Below the pieces are notes generated by a model that saw only the letters and a program-made list of their open reading frames with translations, did no database searches and was not told the origin of the DNA. The translations under genes were made by a program, and so were the position numbers. From an uncultured Lachnospiraceae bacterium (GTDB taxonomy: Bacteria; Bacillota; Clostridia; Lachnospirales; Lachnospiraceae): a stretch of 64,000 bases of DNA. Shown here one piece after another: positions 1 through 6,312 of this stretch; positions within the stretch are counted from its first letter, which is position 1, and the number at the start of each line of letters is the position of its first letter. The stretch spans positions 8,119 through 72,118 of the forward strand of contig CALZBR010000007.1 in assembly GCA_945621435.1 (NCBI GenBank), written 5' to 3'.

Positions 1-636
1 CAGCACATTGTCATACTGCGCCAGGAAAGCATAGGCCGCTGCCGAATTGGTAATCAGTCCACCGGACAAAGCTTTCATGGCAATAAATCCCATGTCTGCA
101 GCCTTACATTTCTCCACAAGTTCCAGGTCTTTTTCCGTTGCCAGATAACAGAAGGGGAACTGCAGTGTCTCGTACAAGCCGCTGTCCACCGCCTCATGCG
201 CCACATTCAGCCGGTGATTGGTGATACCGATATGACGAATCATGCCTTTTTCCCTGGCCAACAGCATAGCTTCATAGAGCCCCGTTCCATCTCCGGGTTT
301 AGGACAGAAAGAAGGATTATGAAACTGATAAATGTCAATGTAATTGGTGCGCAGATTATTCAGGGAGGTATGTAAATCCTTCCAAAAAGCCTCCGCTGTG
401 GTTGCTGCTGTCTTGGTCGCGATATATACCTTCTCGCGCATCCCCTCAAAAGCCGCTCCCAGTTTTTCTTCACTGTCCGTATAAAAACGGGCCGTGTCAT
501 AAAATGTCACACCATGGTCAAATGCCTTGCGCAGCAGTTTTACGGCATCCTCCCGGGAAATCCGCTGGATGGGCAGCGCTCCGAAGGAATTCTTCTCCAC
601 TGTAATCTCCGTTTTCCCCAATCTTACCTGTACCAT
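1..636 (-). CDS. Aldo/keto reductase family protein (3' end runs off the window)
   Basis: Read by hand on minus strand from ATG at 636: MVQVRLGKTEITVEKNSFGALPIQRI...GVTFYDTARFYTDSEEKLG...GFIAMKALSGG. Typical AKR N-terminus with DTA-x-x-Y and SE-x-x-LG. No stop inside the window, so absent from the ORF track. Confidence 0.85.
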   Translation of the reverse strand, partial: MVQVRLGKTEITVEKNSFGALPIQRISREDAVKLLRKAFDHGVTFYDTARFYTDSEEKLGAAFEGMREKVYIATKTAATTAEAFWKDLHTSLNNLRTNYIDIYQFHNPSFCPKPGDGTGLYEAMLLAREKGMIRHIGITNHRLNVAHEAVDSGLYETLQFPFCYLATEKDLELVEKCKAADMGFIAMKALSGGLITNSAAAYAFLAQYDNVL

Positions 637-663
637 ATTTTCCTCACTTCCTTTGTGCGTTTT

Positions 664-1299
664 TTACTTCTCCTTATCTTTTGGAACCATTTTCACCTGT
701 TTTCCGGCTACTACCGGACTGAATGTATCTTTTTCCACAATTTCGTAGATATCTTTTCCTGCTTTCGCTTCAAAGTATTCCTTTAATCTGATATTGGCGT
801 CCCATTTTTCCTGCGGATATGAGCCGTATCTCCTCTTCACATCTCCCATACGTTCCTCAATATCCAGCACTCCCTCACTACCGGCCAGGGAATCGCACAA
901 CTGAATCAGTCTGTCATAATCATCCATGGTTACTTTAGCCAGTTCGGTATTGATTAACTCCAGTTCTTCTTCGGTAGTATCAAATTTTCCTATGTATTCT
1001 TTTGTAGATTGATTATTAAAGGAATGGGTAAGACAAATCCTGGCGGCCTCATCATACCCCAAAGACATCATGTAAGTATAGCCATCTGATACATGACCTA
1101 AATGCCTGACGCCAAACTTCCTTCCAATATCATGGAGCAAACCAATTATATATGCCTTTTCACCATCCAACTCTTCACAGGCGTCTGCTATTTTCCCCGC
1201 ACAATGGGCTACAACACGGCTGTGATTTCCCCAGGGCCCGGGATTACATTGTTCTGCTTCTTTTAACAATCTTTCTGCTTCTGCTCTTGTAGGTATCAT
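664..1299 (-). CDS. HD-domain (HDIG) metal-dependent phosphohydrolase
   Basis: H27 (WGNHSRVV), LLHDIG, later H residues and distal QLCD; RBS GGAGGT upstream. Confidence 0.85.
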   Translation of the reverse strand: MIPTRAEAERLLKEAEQCNPGPWGNHSRVVAHCAGKIADACEELDGEKAYIIGLLHDIGRKFGVRHLGHVSDGYTYMMSLGYDEAARICLTHSFNNQSTKEYIGKFDTTEEELELINTELAKVTMDDYDRLIQLCDSLAGSEGVLDIEERMGDVKRRYGSYPQEKWDANIRLKEYFEAKAGKDIYEIVEKDTFSPVVAGKQVKMVPKDKEK

Positions 1300-1381
1300 A
1301 TTTCCATTTACCTCCGCTATCCCAAATAGCTAATGAGACAATATACAAATGATGCAATATTTAAATACTTGATTTAGTGTA

Positions 1382-1410
1382 ATTATAGCGTTTCTTTTAT
1401 AGCTTGTCAT
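1382..1410 (-). promoter_or_regulatory. Putative sigmaA promoter for the HD gene
   Basis: Minus strand ATGACA-N17-TATAAT. Confidence 0.55.
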
Positions 1411-1469
1411 CTTAATTCTTTTGGTTTATATTGTGAAGCTTTATGAAGAAATATGAATATTCTTTGACT

Positions 1470-2282
1470 TTACTTTTGACATGTTTTTGATATAAAACGA
1501 TTCAGCATTTTTTCAACATTCTTTGTATTCAGTGGATTGATGCTCGTCTCAAAACTAAACAAAAGCTTATCCCCATACCAATACCCGTTCTCTGAATACA
1601 AACTCAGTTTCTCAAGTGTATTCTTGATATATTCGGGATGATCCATCATTCCAAAATGCTCATAAATGTATGTCTTTCTTTGCTTTACATGTAAAAGCAA
1701 AAAGTCAGGATATACGATTTTTCCATTGCCAACCTCCAGCATAGGCTCATAAACATATGGTATCTTTCGCCTAAAGAACAAGTCTGCCAGTATCTTTTCC
1801 GATTTTGACCGCACCACTTCTCCGCGCTCAGTATAAATTGCAGAATTATTTTGGTACGGATTTGCAGAACCCGGATGCATTTCATACCATTCCTTAACAA
1901 ACATCTCATCGGTGGAGACAATTGGCGTAATCAGCTTTTTCTTTTCATCGGATAGTTTCGAATACAATGCTTCTATGGGGACCTCATATTTTTTCAGTAA
2001 TTTTTTTGCTTCCTTCAGCCTGGATTCAATTATTGCAAGCGCTTTCTCATCGTAAGCTTTTTGTGCAAGCATAGTAGCAAGTTCCTGCTTCCTAACCGGT
2101 AAATATGTCAGCTTCCCCTGATGCCGGATATGGTATTGTGAGTAGTTACCTTTTCCTGCCTTGCCGATATACAGCGTTCCCTCCGGCGCATTTGCCAATC
2201 GAAGCTTCAGCTTCTTCTCTAACTCAGTTAATTCTTGAATTTCCCGCTCCAGATTTACCTGAAATTGAATGTTACTAATCAT
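1470..2282 (-). CDS. Hypothetical protein: N-terminal coiled coil plus C-terminal PD-(D/E)XK (Vsr/DUF559-like) putative endonuclease domain
   Basis: Motifs TERGEVVRSKSE...IPYVYE...YPDF...YEHFGMMD...Y...K...Y resemble a restriction-endonuclease-like fold; heptad-rich N-terminus; AT-richer than gpmI. Confidence 0.65.
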   Translation of the reverse strand: MISNIQFQVNLEREIQELTELEKKLKLRLANAPEGTLYIGKAGKGNYSQYHIRHQGKLTYLPVRKQELATMLAQKAYDEKALAIIESRLKEAKKLLKKYEVPIEALYSKLSDEKKKLITPIVSTDEMFVKEWYEMHPGSANPYQNNSAIYTERGEVVRSKSEKILADLFFRRKIPYVYEPMLEVGNGKIVYPDFLLLHVKQRKTYIYEHFGMMDHPEYIKNTLEKLSLYSENGYWYGDKLLFSFETSINPLNTKNVEKMLNRFISKTCQK

Positions 2283-2309
2283 ACCTATTCCTTTCTTGAT
2301 ATTGTGATT

Positions 2310-2613
2310 TGGTTTTCGTGAAATTTCTCGGGATGGGTGATTTTTGACGTAATTTCCTGCTTGATTTTCGTGAAGATTTACAGAATGGGTGATTTTTGAC
2401 GTAATTTTCTGCTTGGTTTTCGTGAAGATTTTCAGAATGGTCGATTTTTGACGTAATTTCCCGCCTGGTTTTCGTGAAATTTCTCAGAATGGGCGATTTT
2501 TGACGTAATTTCCCGCCTGGTTTTCGTGAAGATTTTCAGAATGGGCGATTTTTGACGTAATTTCCTGCCTGGTTTTCGTGAAGATTTTCAGAATGGGCGA
2601 TTTTTGACGTAAT
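2310..2613. repeat. Non-coding tandem array, about 5.8 copies of a 52-bp unit (consensus TGGTTTTCGTGAAGATTTTCAGAATGGGCGATTTTTGACGTAATTTCCYGCY)
   Basis: Units start at 2310, 2362, 2414, 2466, 2518 and 2570 (last one truncated); invariant blocks TTTTCGTGAA and GATTTTTGACGTAAT. Confidence 0.97.
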
Positions 2614-2645
2614 ACATAATAAACTGAGAGTAAAGTCAGCTTCCA

Positions 2646-2671
2646 GCCGTCGGTCTGTATTCACCGACGGC
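2646..2671. other. GC-rich stem-loop in the array leader (possible terminator or RNA-processing signal)
   Basis: Perfect 9-bp inverted repeat GCCGTCGGT-ctgtattc-ACCGACGGC, extendable by GCTTCC...GAAAGC. Confidence 0.7.
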
Positions 2672-2686
2672 AGAAAGCAACTTATT

Positions 2687-2728
2687 TATTGCAGGCAACC
2701 TATTGCAGGCAACTTATTGTAAATAACA
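2687..2728. repeat. 14-bp tandem repeat TATTGCAGGCAAC(C/T) x2 plus a degenerate third copy
   Basis: Copies at 2687-2700, 2701-2714 and 2715-2728; each intact unit has an internal dyad TTGC-AG-GCAA. Confidence 0.75.
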
Positions 2729-2773
2729 AACATAAAATAGCAATATCTACCCTTGGACAAGGGTTTCACTATC

Positions 2774-4318
2774 TTATTTTCTTACCAACAGAGACTTTCC
2801 GGTCATCTCTACAGGCTGTTCCTTGCCCATAATCTGAATCAGGGTAGGTACGATATCTGCCAGGCAGCCGCCCTCACGCAGGGTGTAAGCATCGTCATAG
2901 TTAACCAGGATGAAAGGAACCTGATTTGTAGTGTGTGCGGTGAAAGGCTCTCCGGTCTCTTCATCCACCAGCTGCTCCGCATTGCCGTGGTCAGCACAGA
3001 TAAACATAACACCGTCAACTTCCCTGATTGCCTCTACAGCCTTGCCAACACACTCATCTACCGTCTCTACCGCTTTCACTGCAGCATCCATAACACCGGT
3101 ATGACCTACCATGTCAGGATTTGCAAAGTTGATGATGATAACATCATACTTGCCGGAGCGGATTGCTGCGCAGAGCTTCTCGCAAACCTCGGGCGCACTC
3201 ATCTGAGGCTTCAGGTCATAGGTTGCCACATCCTTGGGAGAATTCACAAGCACTCTGTCCTCTCCTTCGTTGGGCTCCTCTACACCACCATTGAAGAAGA
3301 AGGTAACATGAGCATATTTCTCAGTCTCTGCAATACGAGCCTGCTTCATGTTGTTAGCTGCCAGCCACTCACCAAAGGTATTTGTGACAGCAACCTTGTG
3401 GAAAGCCACCTCCTTGTTAGGGATGGTAGGATCATAATCCGAGAAGCATACAAAAGTCACATTCTTTCTTGCTCCCCTGTCAAAGCCTTTGAAATCATCA
3501 TCACAGAAGGCTCTGGTAATCTCTCTTGCACGGTCGGGACGGAAGTTAAAGAAGATAACAGAATCCCCATCCTGTACGGTGGCAACAGGCTTGCCATTTT
3601 CAACTACCACAGTGGGCTTTACGAACTCGTCAGTTTCATTTCGGTCATAGGATTCCTGGATAGCGCAGATTCCGCAGGCTGCCGTCAGGCCCTTGCCTTC
3701 AGTAACAGCATCATATGCAAGCTTCACGCGATCCCAGTTATTGTCTCTGTCCATGGCATAATAACGCCCCATAACGGAAGCAATCCTGCCGACACCTATC
3801 TTCTCCATCTCTGCATTCAGCTTCTCAGCAAATTCCTTACCGCTTGCAGGAGGAGTATCACGTCCGTCCAGGAAGCAATGAACATATACTTTATCAAGAC
3901 CGTTTCTCTTCGCCAGCTCCAGCAGACCGTAGAGATGGGTATTGTGGCTGTGAACGCCGCCGTCAGAAAGCAGACCGAACATATGCAATGCACTGTTGTT
4001 CTTCTTACAGTTCTCTACTGCGCTGAGCAGAGCGGGATTCTCAAAGAAGGTTCCGTCCTGAATCTCCTTTGTGATTCTTGTCAGCTCCTGATAAACGATA
4101 CGTCCGGCACCCATGTTAAGGTGACCCACCTCAGAGTTACCCATCTGTCCTTCCGGCAGACCTACTGCCATCCCGCTGGCATTGCCTCTTACAAAAGGGC
4201 ACTCTTTCATCAACCCATCCATAACCGGGGTCTTTGCTACTGCTACTGCGTTTCCCTCATTCTTATCATTCAGGCCATAGCCATCCAGAATCATCAAAAC
4301 AACCGGCTTCTTGCTCAT
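2774..4318 (-). CDS. gpmI: 2,3-bisphosphoglycerate-independent phosphoglycerate mutase
   Basis: ILDGYG, GQMGNSEVGH (catalytic Ser), DGGVHSH, GRYYAMDRD, ANPDMVGHTG, ADHGN; 514 aa. Confidence 0.97.
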   Translation of the reverse strand: MSKKPVVLMILDGYGLNDKNEGNAVAVAKTPVMDGLMKECPFVRGNASGMAVGLPEGQMGNSEVGHLNMGAGRIVYQELTRITKEIQDGTFFENPALLSAVENCKKNNSALHMFGLLSDGGVHSHNTHLYGLLELAKRNGLDKVYVHCFLDGRDTPPASGKEFAEKLNAEMEKIGVGRIASVMGRYYAMDRDNNWDRVKLAYDAVTEGKGLTAACGICAIQESYDRNETDEFVKPTVVVENGKPVATVQDGDSVIFFNFRPDRAREITRAFCDDDFKGFDRGARKNVTFVCFSDYDPTIPNKEVAFHKVAVTNTFGEWLAANNMKQARIAETEKYAHVTFFFNGGVEEPNEGEDRVLVNSPKDVATYDLKPQMSAPEVCEKLCAAIRSGKYDVIIINFANPDMVGHTGVMDAAVKAVETVDECVGKAVEAIREVDGVMFICADHGNAEQLVDEETGEPFTAHTTNQVPFILVNYDDAYTLREGGCLADIVPTLIQIMGKEQPVEMTGKSLLVRK

Positions 4319-4371
4319 TTTTTCTCTCCTTATCCTGATTCTTTATAGAATATCTTGCTCTTTCGCGGCTT

Positions 4372-4400
4372 ATTGTATCATGTTTTTTTACGCCATGCAA
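4372..4400 (-). promoter_or_regulatory. Putative sigmaA promoter of gpmI
   Basis: Minus strand TTGCAT-N17-TACAAT with extended -10 TG. Confidence 0.65.
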
Positions 4401-4424
4401 GTAGGACAAGTCGTGTAGGACAAG
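4401..4424. promoter_or_regulatory. Direct repeat GTAGGACAAG-N4-GTAGGACAAG between divergent promoters
   Basis: Exact 10-bp repeat at 4401-4410 and 4415-4424. Confidence 0.45.
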
Positions 4425-4440
4425 AAGGGTCAGAAAAAAA

Positions 4441-4469
4441 TTGCATTTTCACACCCTGCTTGCTATACT
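4441..4469 (+). promoter_or_regulatory. Putative sigmaA promoter of the CDF transporter
   Basis: TTGCAT-N17-TATACT with extended -10 TG. Confidence 0.65.
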
Positions 4470-4500
4470 GTATAAAAAACAATTTATTACGGAGTTACCA

Positions 4501-5667
4501 ATGATTACCTTACTGTCGAACCTATTTATCAAAAACAAATCTGAGATGAAAAATCCAACAGTCCGTCAAGCCTATGGCATGCTTTGCGGCGGCGTCGGGA
4601 TTTTCCTGAATCTGATGCTTTTTGCCGGCAAATTTCTTGCGGGACTTCTGAGCAGTTCCATCGCCATTACTGCCGACGCTTTCAACAACCTGTCGGATGC
4701 AGGTTCTTCCATCATCACGCTGCTGGGCTTCAAAATCGCAGGTCAGAAGCCTGACCCGGAACATCCCTTCGGTCACGGACGTGTAGAGTACATCTCCGGT
4801 CTGGGTGTATCGGTTTTAATCCTGCTCATGGGTATTGAGCTCGTAAAAGGCTCTGTCTCCAAGATCATCCACCCGGAAGAATTGACCTTTTCTCCCGTAA
4901 TCATCGTTATTCTTCTGGCTTCCATCCTTGTGAAATGCTATATGTTTTATTACAACAGAACACTGGGCAAAGAACTGGATTCTGCGGCCATGTCCGCCAC
5001 CGCAATGGATTCCATCAGCGATTGTCTTGCCACCACTGTTGTACTTATCGCCACTCTCGTCGGTCATTTTACGTCCATTACAATCGATGGCTGGTGCGGT
5101 CTGCTGGTGGGACTGTTTATCTGCCGGGCAGGGATCATGGCAGCAAAAGAGACCATTGGACCCCTGCTGGGTCAGCCCCCCAGCCCGGAATTCGTAGAGC
5201 AGGTAAGCAACATTGTCATGTCTTATGAGGAAGTCATCGGTCTGCATGATCTCATTGTACACGATTATGGTCCGGGACGCGTACTCATTTCTCTCCATGC
5301 GGAGGTACCTGCTGACGGCGATATTCTGACGCTCCATGATGTCATCGATACCATTGAACAGGAGCTGAAAACCACATTGAACTGCCATGCAGTGATACAT
5401 ATGGATCCCGTACAGGTGGGCGATGAAGAAACCGACCGGTTGAAAGCCATGGTAAAGGACATCATAGCTCAGATTGACAGTTCTCTTACCATACACGATT
5501 TTCGAATTGTGACCGGTCCCACACATACAAATCTGATTTTTGATGTGGTTACTCCTTTTGATTTCCGACTGACCGATTCGGAATTGACTGCTCTGATTCA
5601 GGAGAAGGTAAAGCAGGAGAATCCCGGATATTTCACTGTAATTCAAGTAGACAAACGAATGAGTTGA
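4501..5667 (+). CDS. Cation diffusion facilitator (FieF/YiiP-like) with extended C-terminal domains
   Basis: ADAFNNLSD, PDPEHPFGHGRVEY, DSISD, HDLIVHDYGPG; start moved to ATG 4501 (GGAG RBS; the promoter overlaps the ORF-track start). Confidence 0.9.
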   Translation: MITLLSNLFIKNKSEMKNPTVRQAYGMLCGGVGIFLNLMLFAGKFLAGLLSSSIAITADAFNNLSDAGSSIITLLGFKIAGQKPDPEHPFGHGRVEYISGLGVSVLILLMGIELVKGSVSKIIHPEELTFSPVIIVILLASILVKCYMFYYNRTLGKELDSAAMSATAMDSISDCLATTVVLIATLVGHFTSITIDGWCGLLVGLFICRAGIMAAKETIGPLLGQPPSPEFVEQVSNIVMSYEEVIGLHDLIVHDYGPGRVLISLHAEVPADGDILTLHDVIDTIEQELKTTLNCHAVIHMDPVQVGDEETDRLKAMVKDIIAQIDSSLTIHDFRIVTGPTHTNLIFDVVTPFDFRLTDSELTALIQEKVKQENPGYFTVIQVDKRMS

Positions 5668-5674
5668 GTTAAAA

Positions 5675-6094
5675 ATGAAAATATATCTCACACAGGCCGA
5701 AACAAGGCGTCTTGAAATACTGGAAAAAAGATATCGCAATGCCGCCCGGAAACAGATAGAAAACCGGGTGGCCTTTTACCATAAGTATACCGGCGGCAGC
5801 TACACGTCGATTACCATCAGAGACCAGAAAACGCGCTGGGGAAGCTGTTCTTCCACCGGAACACTGTCGTTCAATTATCGTCTGATTTTCGCTCCTCCCA
5901 AGGTCCTTGATTATGTGGTAGTACATGAGCTCTGCCACCTGACACACATGAATCACGCTCCTGCCTTTTGGAACATGGTAGGCTCTGTAATGCCGGATTA
6001 CAAGATACAGAAGCAATGGCTGAAGGAACACGGACAAGAGCTGACGCTGGAATCCTATCTGGAACAAAAGGGAATCCCCATTGTTCTGTCATAA
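5675..6094 (+). CDS. YgjP-like (DUF45/M48-type) zinc-dependent hydrolase, short form
   Basis: QKTRWGSCSS, LSFNYRL, DYVVVHELCHL (HExxH), NHAPAFW. Confidence 0.85.
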   Translation: MKIYLTQAETRRLEILEKRYRNAARKQIENRVAFYHKYTGGSYTSITIRDQKTRWGSCSSTGTLSFNYRLIFAPPKVLDYVVVHELCHLTHMNHAPAFWNMVGSVMPDYKIQKQWLKEHGQELTLESYLEQKGIPIVLS

Positions 6095-6196
6095 GCTTCC
6101 ATAAGCTTCGATTCTGCTTCCATTCTGCTTCCATTACCTTGATTCTATTCCCATGTTTTTCTCTACCAACCTCTCTGTCTGAATACCTCAAACAAG

Positions 6197-6253
6197 AAAG
6201 CCCCCGATTTCACTTGCTGACTGTTGTCACTCAGGAAATCCGAAGGCTTTTTT
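6197..6253. terminator. Probable bidirectional intrinsic terminator between convergent genes
   Basis: AAAGCC..CGATTTC...GAAATC.CG..GGCTTTTTT imperfect inverted repeat with T-run. Confidence 0.6.
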
Positions 6254-6312
6254 GTCATCTACTGAATCCTATTTCGATTATGCAATACACTTTAAAGATA
6301 CCCGTCGCTTTG

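Noticed and set aside
2310-2613. CRISPR array
   Set aside because: No unique spacers (variable segments differ by only a few bases) and no cas genes in the window
2310-2613. CodY boxes within the repeat (GATTTTCAGAATGGG)
   Set aside because: Five mismatches to AATTTTCWGAAAATT, and this segment is the variable part of the unit
2310-2613. Coding repeat or N-terminal extension of the nuclease gene
   Set aside because: 52 is not a multiple of 3 and no ORF in the track spans the array
2753-4348. 531-aa plus-strand ORF
   Set aside because: Antisense shadow of gpmI with no recognisable motifs
4441-4500. ORF-track start of the CDF gene at TTG 4441
   Set aside because: Overlaps the -35/-10 promoter; ATG 4501 has an RBS
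4816-5739. 307-aa minus-strand ORF
   Set aside because: Antisense shadow of the CDF transporter
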